NCBI GenBank assembly: GCA_964440465.1
Contig: CAYTSI010000002.1
Span: 15,559-79,558 of the forward strand
Length of the DNA stretch: 64,000 nt
Direction of reading: 5' to 3'
Source of the DNA: an uncultured Spirochaetales bacterium
GTDB lineage: Bacteria > Spirochaetota > Spirochaetia > SPDA01 > CAZSGZ01
Notes under the pieces: generated by a model
Told to the model about the DNA's origin: nothing
Databases searched by the model: none
The model's input: only the letters and a program-made list of their open reading frames with translations
Shown: positions 32,701 to 40,345 of the stretch, piece after piece
How positions within the stretch are numbered: the first letter of the stretch is position 1
How the letters are laid out: the number at the start of each line of letters is the position of its first letter
Position numbers and translations under genes: made by a program

Positions 32701-34854
32701 TCGATTGAGGTGCCCGCGTATAGGATAAGCGCCGACATCGACTCCTTTCTCGCGGGCGCCGAAAACGGAGGAAGGTACAACGGGCCGGTAACCGTCTATA
32801 CCGAGTCGGGTAATTTTCTGTGCAGGTATGAAACGGCCTTCGCCGAAGAGCATCTGCGGGACATTTCCCAATTCAGCCCGATTATGGATGGAAAAAAACA
32901 ATTCGATGTGCTGCCGGGTGAAACGGCACACTTTTTTCTCGCGGCCCAGCTCTTTGACCGCGGGACAAACCTGCCCGTTTCCGAACAGGAAAAATTGCAT
33001 TTCACCATCGATACAACAAAACCGTCGGTGCCTGCCTTCGATATTACCGGGGGCACCTACTTTCAGGACACAATTACCATTCCCATCAGTGCCGAAGAAG
33101 GGGCAATTGTGTATTCGGTAACAAAATTTGACGCTTTGGGGAAACCTCTGGAAATAATCGAAGATATCCGCTATTCCACACCGGTCACTCTGGATGTGCC
33201 GAAAGGCGAATACAGCAGCTTTGCCTTGTCCGCCTATAGCGTCGATGAAGTCGGAAATAAAAGCCGCGTGGTGACCTTAGATGATCTTATTATCGATAAA
33301 AAGATTATTTACGTTTCGCGGCTGGGGAACGACGGATACGGCGGTTCGAGGAGCAGACCTTTTAAAACCCTGGGAAAGGCGGTTGCGTACGCGAAAGAAA
33401 CCGATCGAAACATCATGTATGTTTCCGGCGGGCAATTTCCAATCGATGATACCCTAACGTTCAATGAAGACCTTTTTCTGCAGGGAGGATACGATCCCTT
33501 TACGTGGAAGCAGGACGGTCCGGAGGAGACAGTTATTTCCGCGGGAGCTTATATGCCGGAAAACGGCATACTGCTCAGTATCTCCGCCGGGACAATACAC
33601 CTCAAGTCCCTGACGCTGGTAACCGACAAGAGGGACCCCGTTGTACTTCACATTTCGGGAGGCGAGCTGTCGGCATCCGCTGTAACGCTTATGAACCTTC
33701 ATACCGATTCTATGCCGCTCTTTCTGCAGGAGGGGGGGAAGGCCGAACTGCTGAACACGAAATGTACATCCTACAGCGGCAGTGCTCCGGAAATAATCAA
33801 GAACGTTTCCGGAGAGCTTCTGCTGAAAAACACAACAGTAGAAAACAAAGGGAAACACGGCGGCAGCCTCAAGGTACTTCGCGTCGAAAACAGCAAAAAA
33901 GTCCGAATTGAAAATTCGGTCTTACTTGCCGGAAGCGCCGCGGTAAGCACCGTCCTGTCCGCGAAAGATACATCGGTCGAGTGCATTGCATCGACTTTCA
34001 GCACCGGGACAGCGAACAGCAGGAGTTTCGGAATCGAGGCCGCGGGGTCGGAACTCTATGTTGAAAAATCAACAATTACCGCGAGCAGTTCTTCACGGAT
34101 CAATACCCTCATTGCCGCCTCAGCCGATTCAGCAGTTATGCTGAAAAACAGCACCCTGCACATTACCGGCGGGACCGGCGGCATCGGGATACAAGCCGCC
34201 GACTCTACGCTCGACATGTACAACTGCCTTGTAACGGGAGAAAAGGGCAATGAATTCCTCTATCCCTTTCAACTGAAACATACAAAATTTTTGGTACAGA
34301 ACAATTATATAACCATTTCCACCGCCGGGGACTTTATCGGTTTCGATGTTACCGGCGGGACCGGCAGGCTGTTCAACAATACGGTCCTGTTTGCTTCAAG
34401 TTCTCCGAACTCCTACGCCCTGCGGGGCAGAGAACCTGCTCTTTTCTATGCAGTCAACAACATCATCATGAACACGTCGGAAAAAAACGACGGCCCCTGT
34501 ATTGCCCTTGGAGGTGTAAAAGAGACACGGATTATTGCAAACAATCTGCACGGATGGAAAACGGCGCTGCAGGTCAGCGGGACCGAATACGCGGGCGTTA
34601 TGGACCTCAACAACGCCGACGGCAATGCCCGGGGGGGGGATTACCATAAAAATATTTCTGAATCTTTTACGAATAGCTTCCTCATTACAAAGACGGAGGC
34701 CCCCTATTATCTGAAGCAGTCCTCCCGCTGTGTAAACGGAGGGGTCAATGTAGAGGAAATGGGAGGTCTGCCCGTTGATTTCGAGGGGGACGTCCGTCCA
34801 AATCCCGAAGAGGGGCTCAAACCGGAATACGATATCGGCGCGGACGAGTTTTAA
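29713..34854 (+). CDS. giant secreted/surface protein: signal peptide, about 7-9 Ig-like/CHB_HEX_C-like repeats, C-terminal DUF1565-type right-handed beta-helix
   Basis: 1713 aa. Signal MKRIVLPLLLIFIPLFSTA. Recurring about-100-aa modules ending in Y.VD.AGN.S. C-terminal IIYVSRLGNDGYGGSRSRPFKTLGKAVAYA followed by N/T/S/G-rich beta-helix rungs. Confidence 0.7.
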   Translation: MKRIVLPLLLIFIPLFSTAEEHGGTFLFSHTPGSYPRDIYLELTGEGPDGRELYYYFEESLNQTPVEYSVPLHLSALQGETRTYSLVVFEKEDWENRKRAVFIIDREKPPPPKVSVEPGIFSDEIALTYRSGSGGDVYYSVKTEDYAEYNKWDGTPVLLQGKDGYIMTYTVGVYAVDEAGNRGPTAEYTYVINKSTRFPGHYLDISSPAAGTFQNTQLLACVHEGFSWIRYTVNGDNPVTDGTEYTTPVMIRKRGKVVLRIAGYVPDTKEIVEKKIEYMVAEEARPLLSVESGVITETVRIEFVGGPGFRYTMNDTPPGIYDETAFSSLTLEPPRNMRRPVVLRFADPASEAGDYRYTYVLDGWKPAAPRCFAFQQENRREYKVAFAAERGTAVYYTRGGEEPDTGSIRYAGPFAVEAPGPGESPSAVIKAVAVSRTGGRSETAELRLEFSRDLPPAPSGKVENNNRVIIEKPAPGAVIYEKSSDPLSLPVPGAASPEIDGDILFTLPYGMEQKTYLQLALRDKHGNVSGPSEIFELSVDNQPPAKPVIKFLDGIVKITPQSGSTAYFTLVREVDGTAEVRNRDELYEKPFFVFGSEGKKTEYELSAYAVDGAGNNSGETDAMRFSVDTREPAPLTVSGVEDGGIYNEAVTIRFSSMYADQKVLYTAETDAGEGTELQVDTASEAAGEGVIVFSGEEDTVHTYTVAYAPYLEDNGSIGETRQLSFTIDMQLPQAPRVRGIEHEAEYVNGVTITHSNPEEGETVYYSISTGGTAPPDCFGREGRKFVSPLHLQGEKDKKITYSLLFGSVDEAGNTTYSEELYVFTIDREAPKAPAARVEYPDENMSRAEVSVEAGEEISVFYEIAEGNILPAIPHEESSLFDPGSPLILSGRDGEDVTYNIRLISVDAAGNRSREVPVFSVRIDKKDPGAGGEPVYISYKSGAVDISWDHLRGVDIFYAFDGEDWKKYESPLTISGGSAQTISYYFKDRAGNTSKTASIEVPAYRISADIDSFLAGAENGGRYNGPVTVYTESGNFLCRYETAFAEEHLRDISQFSPIMDGKKQFDVLPGETAHFFLAAQLFDRGTNLPVSEQEKLHFTIDTTKPSVPAFDITGGTYFQDTITIPISAEEGAIVYSVTKFDALGKPLEIIEDIRYSTPVTLDVPKGEYSSFALSAYSVDEVGNKSRVVTLDDLIIDKKIIYVSRLGNDGYGGSRSRPFKTLGKAVAYAKETDRNIMYVSGGQFPIDDTLTFNEDLFLQGGYDPFTWKQDGPEETVISAGAYMPENGILLSISAGTIHLKSLTLVTDKRDPVVLHISGGELSASAVTLMNLHTDSMPLFLQEGGKAELLNTKCTSYSGSAPEIIKNVSGELLLKNTTVENKGKHGGSLKVLRVENSKKVRIENSVLLAGSAAVSTVLSAKDTSVECIASTFSTGTANSRSFGIEAAGSELYVEKSTITASSSSRINTLIAASADSAVMLKNSTLHITGGTGGIGIQAADSTLDMYNCLVTGEKGNEFLYPFQLKHTKFLVQNNYITISTAGDFIGFDVTGGTGRLFNNTVLFASSSPNSYALRGREPALFYAVNNIIMNTSEKNDGPCIALGGVKETRIIANNLHGWKTALQVSGTEYAGVMDLNNADGNARGGDYHKNISESFTNSFLITKTEAPYYLKQSSRCVNGGVNVEEMGGLPVDFEGDVRPNPEEGLKPEYDIGADEF
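34631..34639 (+). repeat. G9 homopolymer inside the giant surface-protein CDS
   Basis: gcccGGGGGGGGGatt read directly. Encodes ...NARGGDY... about 215 nt before the stop. Confidence 0.9.
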
Positions 34855-34869
34855 GCTGTAAAAAACGTC

Positions 34870-36069
34870 TTATTCACGGCTCCAGATACGCTGTCCCGCC
34901 TCGGCATTGTAGGTATTGCGCCACAGTCCGCTGCTGGTTGTACAGGCAAAAATGATATCGTCCCCGCCGCCGGCACCCGCCGGGTCATAGGCAAAGGAGC
35001 GGATCGAATTATTCGCCAGTTTTGTATTGAGATAGTTGATCGTTGTTGTTTCAGTAAGACCGCTGGGAGCGGTTATTGACAGGGAATCGGCATCGGGACC
35101 ATCGGCAATGCCGATTTCATAATAGCCGTTGTCCGATCCGACAATAACGGTTACAGCCCCGGTGTCGTCATAACCGGAACCGGGTACTTTTATCAGGTCG
35201 TAAAACACTTCAGCTGTTTCCCCGGAATATTTGGTAATGCTGGAATACCAGCCTGAAGAGATGTCGGCCGAAGAAGCGGGCCGGTTTTTTACCAAAACGA
35301 CGCCGTTTTTGGAGGAAATGAATATCTTTTCAATCTCCGGGCAGTAGTATACCCCGCCTATATTCGCGGGGGTCATGACCGTACCGCCGGTATTCGTCAA
35401 ACTGACCCGGGTCGTAAGGACGGCGGGGTCCGTGCCGGAGAAAACAGTGTCGCCGCTGATAAACCAGTAATTAGTTCCGTCGAAATCGCCGTCAAAAATC
35501 ATACGGACCGAGTAATCGTTGTCGCCGGGAAGGTCGACTAAGGAAAACGTGCTTCCGTCGGAAGAGTAGAAAAGGGCGTACGGGTCATACGCCGAATCGA
35601 GGTCTTCCTTGAGGACCGACACATACAGTCCCGAATCGACGGCCATCAATCCCGTCACCCGTTCGGACGCGGCGCCGCTTATCGAACCTGCCTCGGTCCA
35701 GGGAGCGTTACCTGCCGTGTAGGTATACAGTTTTGAGGTAGCGGCATCACCCGTTCTGTACATGGCATACAGTGTGCCGTTGAAATATTCAATGTCGGAA
35801 CTGAGCATCCCCTCCGCGGGGGGCGGGATTTCCTCCCAGTCCCCGGATTCGATGCCGCGGCTGTACACTTTCCCGGCGGCTATAAAATAGCTGTCGCCGG
35901 TTTTTGTTAATTTCCACACTTTTAACGAGTCTTCAAGGCCCTTGTCTCCCTCGAGGTCTTTTTCCACCTCCAGACTGTAGAAAATACCCATCGTTTCCTG
36001 GGTGCACCCGGAAACAAAAAGGACCAGAACAACTGATATCGTACATACATAACTACATAACTTCTTCAT
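34870..36069 (-). CDS. hypothetical lipoprotein (beta-propeller-like)
   Basis: Lipobox MKKLCSYVCTISVVLVLFVSGC. Gly/Ser/Thr/Tyr-rich repeats suggest a beta-rich fold. Start trimmed from the track ORF (36168) to the Met preceding the signal peptide. RBS ACGGAG upstream. Confidence 0.5.
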   Translation of the reverse strand: MKKLCSYVCTISVVLVLFVSGCTQETMGIFYSLEVEKDLEGDKGLEDSLKVWKLTKTGDSYFIAAGKVYSRGIESGDWEEIPPPAEGMLSSDIEYFNGTLYAMYRTGDAATSKLYTYTAGNAPWTEAGSISGAASERVTGLMAVDSGLYVSVLKEDLDSAYDPYALFYSSDGSTFSLVDLPGDNDYSVRMIFDGDFDGTNYWFISGDTVFSGTDPAVLTTRVSLTNTGGTVMTPANIGGVYYCPEIEKIFISSKNGVVLVKNRPASSADISSGWYSSITKYSGETAEVFYDLIKVPGSGYDDTGAVTVIVGSDNGYYEIGIADGPDADSLSITAPSGLTETTTINYLNTKLANNSIRSFAYDPAGAGGGDDIIFACTTSSGLWRNTYNAEAGQRIWSRE

Positions 36070-36083
36070 GGTAAATACTCCGT

Positions 36084-36707
36084 TTAAAAATGATAGAGCG
36101 CGGAGAGTGAGACTTCCAGAAAATTCCCGTAACGGTTCTGCGGCACCAGGGCATCTTTCGTATACCACTGGGGTGAAAACCAGTACACAACGTTCAAGCC
36201 GGCGGCCCAGGTACCGTTGATGTTCCAGTACAGGGAAGCGCCGGGTTTCACAATAAGCCCGACGTACAGCGATTCCTCGAGTGTAACAAAATTGAGACCG
36301 GTGCCGAGATAGATTGGTATTTCAAAGGGGTAGGCATAGAAAAAATATCCAATTTTAAAGGTTATCGGTATGATCGCCAGGACCCTGCCGAGGGGGCTGA
36401 AGGAAAAAGAACCGGCAAGTTCCGCCCCTAAGGTGAGATGTTCGGTTACGAAGGCATTCCACTCCAGGGAGCCGACACCGCCTAAAGATAAATTCGTGGA
36501 AACAGCGGAACCGCCCCCGAAAAAGAAGAGGGGAATAAATAACCCCGCGTTTACGGCAAATATCTGGTCTCCTAAGGCGTAGGAAACTTCGGGAATTCCT
36601 TCCGTTTCCTCCTCCTCCTGAGCGAAAATTTCTCCGCTTATTGAAAACAACAACGCGAAAATAGATATGAAAAGTAAAATACGTTTATGTCGCACAAAAA
36701 ACCTCAC
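36084..36707 (-). CDS. putative small outer-membrane beta-barrel protein
   Basis: Signal peptide ending AQEEEE. Alternating amphipathic beta-strands with aromatic girdle. C-terminal ...LSALYHF (terminal Phe), typical of OMP barrels. 14 nt upstream of the lipoprotein gene. Confidence 0.5.
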   Translation of the reverse strand: MRFFVRHKRILLFISIFALLFSISGEIFAQEEEETEGIPEVSYALGDQIFAVNAGLFIPLFFFGGGSAVSTNLSLGGVGSLEWNAFVTEHLTLGAELAGSFSFSPLGRVLAIIPITFKIGYFFYAYPFEIPIYLGTGLNFVTLEESLYVGLIVKPGASLYWNINGTWAAGLNVVYWFSPQWYTKDALVPQNRYGNFLEVSLSALYHF

Positions 36708-36792
36708 TTCAGTTACATAAAGATACTATCACCGCCAAAACAAATTTTCAATAGAGTTGGCATTCTAATCATGTTTTGATAGTATTGGCGGT

Positions 36793-37479
36793 ATGATTAA
36801 TAGAGTTACCGCAATTCAGGATAAAATACGAATACAAAACTGTATTATCAGTGTGGCCGACAAGACAGGATGTGCTGAATTCGTTGTAGAATTACTGAAA
36901 ATTATACCGGACCTTTCCGTTTTTTCCACCGGCGGTACATTTTCCCTTATTGAAAAAGCCCTGCCCGCGGAAAAGAAAAACGCGCTTGTCAATATTTCAG
37001 ATTTTACCGGCCGGCCGGAAATGCAGGGAGGGCTCGTGAAGACCTTGGATTTTACAATTTATACCGGTATCCTGAGCGAGCCCGGAAATAACGAGCACCG
37101 GCGGTATATTCGGGAGATAGGCGGAAGGGCCTTCGATATGATCGTTGTCAACTTGTATCCCTTCCGTCAGGCGGCGGCGAAGGAAAACAGTACGGTGGAA
37201 GATGCCCGGTCCCACATCGATATCGGCGGCCCCTCTATGCTTCGGGCGGGAGCGAAGAACTTTCTCCGGGTCGCAAGTGTCTGTGATCCTTCGGATTACG
37301 GGAGTATTATTTCCGAAATGAAAGCAAACGATGGAAGGCTTTCCGTTGCCGCGCGGCTCGATCTGGCGAAAAAGGCTTTTGCCCATACGGAAGAGTACGA
37401 CAGGGGAATTCACAGCTATTTCGAAACCATAGACGCGGATAATCTGAAGGCCGCGTACACCATTGCCGACGGGACGTAA
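36793..37479 (+). CDS. purH: PurH N-terminal module: IMP cyclohydrolase (MGS-like domain), ends at in-frame TAA
   Basis: ISVADKTG, LYPF and IDIGGPSMLRAGAKN motifs of the IMPCH domain. Stop TAA at 37477-37479 in the same frame as the next ORF. Confidence 0.75.
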   Translation: MINRVTAIQDKIRIQNCIISVADKTGCAEFVVELLKIIPDLSVFSTGGTFSLIEKALPAEKKNALVNISDFTGRPEMQGGLVKTLDFTIYTGILSEPGNNEHRRYIREIGGRAFDMIVVNLYPFRQAAAKENSTVEDARSHIDIGGPSMLRAGAKNFLRVASVCDPSDYGSIISEMKANDGRLSVAARLDLAKKAFAHTEEYDRGIHSYFETIDADNLKAAYTIADGT

Positions 37480-37482
37480 CAA

Positions 37483-38733
37483 ATGAAGAGCAAAACAATT
37501 TCTCAAATGTACAAAACGATGGAAGACGACAGTTTCCCCGAGGAAATGAGTATTTCTTTCACCGGCAGCGGCAGGACTTCAACCTTGAAGTATGAAAAAG
37601 TTACCTGGAACATCGAAGGAGTTACAAAGGGACTGCGCTACGGGGAAAATCCCGGACAGCCCGCGGCTTTGTACCGCCTCGTAAACGGAAATATCTCTAT
37701 CGCGGAATGCGAAATGATACTTCCGGGTGAACACCTGGCGTCGACTATCGATCTCCTGCAGTCGGGAAAACACCCCGGGAAAACGAATATTACCGATGTG
37801 GACAATGCCCTGAATATTCTTCGGTATTTCGGAGACACACCCTGTTCCGTAATTGTAAAACACAACAACCCCTGCGGTGCCGCGAAAGGGCCCGCGATAG
37901 GCGACGCGTATGAAAAGGCCCTGTACGCCGACAGAATTGCCGCTTTCGGCGGCGCCGTCGCGTGCAACAGAAGTATCGACACGGAAACCGCCCGGTTCAT
38001 GACGAAGAGCTATATTGAAGTTGTGGCCGCCCCTGATTTTGACCCCGGCGTTCTCGATATTTTTGCTAAGAAAAAAAACCTTCGGGTCATGAAAATCGGC
38101 GCGATCGAACGGCTCGCCTCGTTTATCGGAAAGCAGTGCATCGATTTTACCACCCTCATCGACGGCGGTGTAATTTGTCAAAGTTCCTTTGCGCCGCGGA
38201 CCCTGTCGGCGGAAGACCTCATCCCCGCGTCGGCGGAGAAAGAGGGGCGGGAGATCACCGTTGACCGCCGGCCTACCGCGGAGGAACTTGATGATATGAT
38301 TTTCGGCTGGCTCGTGGAAACAGGAATAACCAGCAACTCGGTCATTTATATCAAGGACGGCGTAACCGTCGGCATCGGGACCGGGGAGCAGGACCGGGTC
38401 GGCGTCGCGGAAATCGCGCGGGACAAGGCCTATAAAAAGACCGCCGAGAGGATCAGCTGGCTTCGGTATCAATCGGCTTATGCCGATTTGGATGAAGCAC
38501 GGAAAACAGAGGTCCTGGAAGAGGCGGCAGGCGGTCACGGCGGCCTGGATGCGTCCGTTATGGTTTCCGATGCCTTTTTTCCGTTTCGGGACGGAATTGA
38601 AGTCGGTCTTCGGGAAGGCGTTTCGGCAGTTGTTCAGCCGGGAGGCGCGATCCGCGACGGAGACTGTATCGAAGCGTGCAATGAATACGGAGCGGCGATG
38701 ATGTTTACGGGACAGCGCTGCTTTAAACACTAA
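37483..38733 (+). CDS. purH: PurH C-terminal module: AICAR formyltransferase domain
   Basis: LRYGENPGQ, VKHNNPCGAA, SDAFFPFRDG motifs. In frame with 36793..37479 (690 nt apart). Confidence 0.8.
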   Translation: MKSKTISQMYKTMEDDSFPEEMSISFTGSGRTSTLKYEKVTWNIEGVTKGLRYGENPGQPAALYRLVNGNISIAECEMILPGEHLASTIDLLQSGKHPGKTNITDVDNALNILRYFGDTPCSVIVKHNNPCGAAKGPAIGDAYEKALYADRIAAFGGAVACNRSIDTETARFMTKSYIEVVAAPDFDPGVLDIFAKKKNLRVMKIGAIERLASFIGKQCIDFTTLIDGGVICQSSFAPRTLSAEDLIPASAEKEGREITVDRRPTAEELDDMIFGWLVETGITSNSVIYIKDGVTVGIGTGEQDRVGVAEIARDKAYKKTAERISWLRYQSAYADLDEARKTEVLEEAAGGHGGLDASVMVSDAFFPFRDGIEVGLREGVSAVVQPGGAIRDGDCIEACNEYGAAMMFTGQRCFKH

Positions 38734-40043
38734 TGGCAACATTTTATATCGAAACATACGGCTGTCAGATGAATAAGGCGGAATCCAGCTACATAGCACT
38801 CCATCTTGTCCAGCACGGAATGGAGGAAACCGATGATCCTGAACAAGCGGACAATGTAATTATTCATACCTGTTCGGTGCGGCAGACAGCGGAAAACAGA
38901 ATCTGGGGACGGCTGGGCCGGTATACCGCTTTAAAGAAGAAACGGGACTTCAATCTTATTGTTGCCGGCTGCATGGCGGACAGACTGGGCGGGGAAATAC
39001 AAAAAAAATCGCCGGAAGTCGATTATGTACTCGGAAACGCGGAAAAAATGGATATTTTCAGCGTACTTGCCCGGGAGGAGGAGAGACGGCCGCGGACAAA
39101 GCCGGCGAACGGGAAGCGGGACTACCGTTTTCCCCTTACCTACGGATATTCCGGGGCGTTTCAGGCCTATGTGCCGATTCTCCACGGCTGCGACAATTTT
39201 TGTACCTACTGCATTGTTCCCCGCGTCAGGGGGCGGGAACTGTCCCGTTCCGGGGAAAAAATACTGTATGAATGCAAAGTGCTTGAAGAGGCAGGGGTAC
39301 GGGAAATTACCTTTCTCGGGCAGAATGTCAATTCATACCGGGGAACATATAAAAACGGCACCCTCGACTTCCCCGCGCTCCTTCGGCTTATCCTTAGGGA
39401 GAGCCGCCGTGTCCCGTGGTTCCGCTTCCTCACATCCCATCCGAAAGATTTTTCCAACGGGTTAATTGAATGCATAGCGGAAAATCCGAGGTTGTGCAGG
39501 GAAATCCACCTGCCGGTGCAGCACGGCTCCGACACCGTTTTAGCGGCAATGAATCGGCGGTATACCCGGGAGACATATCTTGCCCTCGCGGGGAAAATAA
39601 AGCAGGCAATCCCCGATGCCTCCCTTACAACGGACATTCTTATCGGATTCCCCGGGGAGACGGAGCGGGATTTCCTAGATACCGTCGACCTCCTGAAAGC
39701 GGTACAGTTCGATGACGCTTACACCTACAAGTACAATATCCGGGAGGGAACGCCGGCGGCGGGGCTCCCGGACCAGGTGCCGGAAGATGTAAAACAAAAT
39801 AGATTGGAAGAAATTATTGCAATTCAGCGTGATATCAGTAACAATAGGAGAAAGTGCCGGGTAGGGGACGTAACGGATGTGCTTGTAAAACAATTTTCGA
39901 AACGGAACAGCGCGGAACTGCTCGGTGTGGCCGAATTCGGCGCGTCGGTTGTTTTTTCCGGCACATTACATGATATCGGGGCCATCGTTCCCGTGAGGCT
40001 TACCTCCGCGGCGGGCTCCACATTGAAAGGAGAGAAAATATAA
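38733..40043 (+). CDS. miaB: MiaB-family tRNA methylthiotransferase (radical SAM + TRAM)
   Basis: N-terminal YIETYGCQMN (UPF0004/MTTase), radical-SAM CDNFCTYCIVP, C-terminal TRAM-like domain. Confidence 0.8.
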   Translation: MATFYIETYGCQMNKAESSYIALHLVQHGMEETDDPEQADNVIIHTCSVRQTAENRIWGRLGRYTALKKKRDFNLIVAGCMADRLGGEIQKKSPEVDYVLGNAEKMDIFSVLAREEERRPRTKPANGKRDYRFPLTYGYSGAFQAYVPILHGCDNFCTYCIVPRVRGRELSRSGEKILYECKVLEEAGVREITFLGQNVNSYRGTYKNGTLDFPALLRLILRESRRVPWFRFLTSHPKDFSNGLIECIAENPRLCREIHLPVQHGSDTVLAAMNRRYTRETYLALAGKIKQAIPDASLTTDILIGFPGETERDFLDTVDLLKAVQFDDAYTYKYNIREGTPAAGLPDQVPEDVKQNRLEEIIAIQRDISNNRRKCRVGDVTDVLVKQFSKRNSAELLGVAEFGASVVFSGTLHDIGAIVPVRLTSAAGSTLKGEKI

Positions 40044-40345
40044 TGGTACCTTGGAAGTTAGTTTTATTTCTTATACTGATGACGCTGTTTGTCGTTTTTG
40101 CCGGATTCAACATAAAAAATGTGTCCGATATATCCGTAGGGTTTACGACCATTACCGATGTACCGATTTTTTTAAGCCTGTTCATCGCGTTTCTCGCCGG
40201 CGCGTTCTTAACGCTCCCCTTTGCATTCGGCAGGAGGAGAAAGAAAGAAAAATCAGCGGCGGAGAAGATGAAAAAAGAAGATATTGAAAATGAGATAAGA
40301 GAAGAGGGGAGAAACTCCGATATAAAAAAGGATGAAGCCGAGTAA
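40043..40345 (+). CDS. LapA-like (DUF1049) small membrane protein
   Basis: Two TM helices followed by a K/E-rich tail. 100 aa. ATGG overlap with miaB. Confidence 0.45.
   Translation: MVPWKLVLFLILMTLFVVFAGFNIKNVSDISVGFTTITDVPIFLSLFIAFLAGAFLTLPFAFGRRRKKEKSAAEKMKKEDIENEIREEGRNSDIKKDEAE

Noticed and set aside
36708-36792. Purine or ZTP (pfl) riboswitch upstream of purH
   Set aside because: No GGGUCGUGAC...CCGCCUGGGCA pfl core and no purine-riboswitch junction motifs. The region is only 85 nt and shared with a divergent gene.
37579-38799. 406-aa minus-strand ORF antisense to the purH AICARFT module
   Set aside because: It lies entirely within a motif-supported + strand gene and has no recognisable domain or RBS. 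It is a typical GC-rich shadow ORF.
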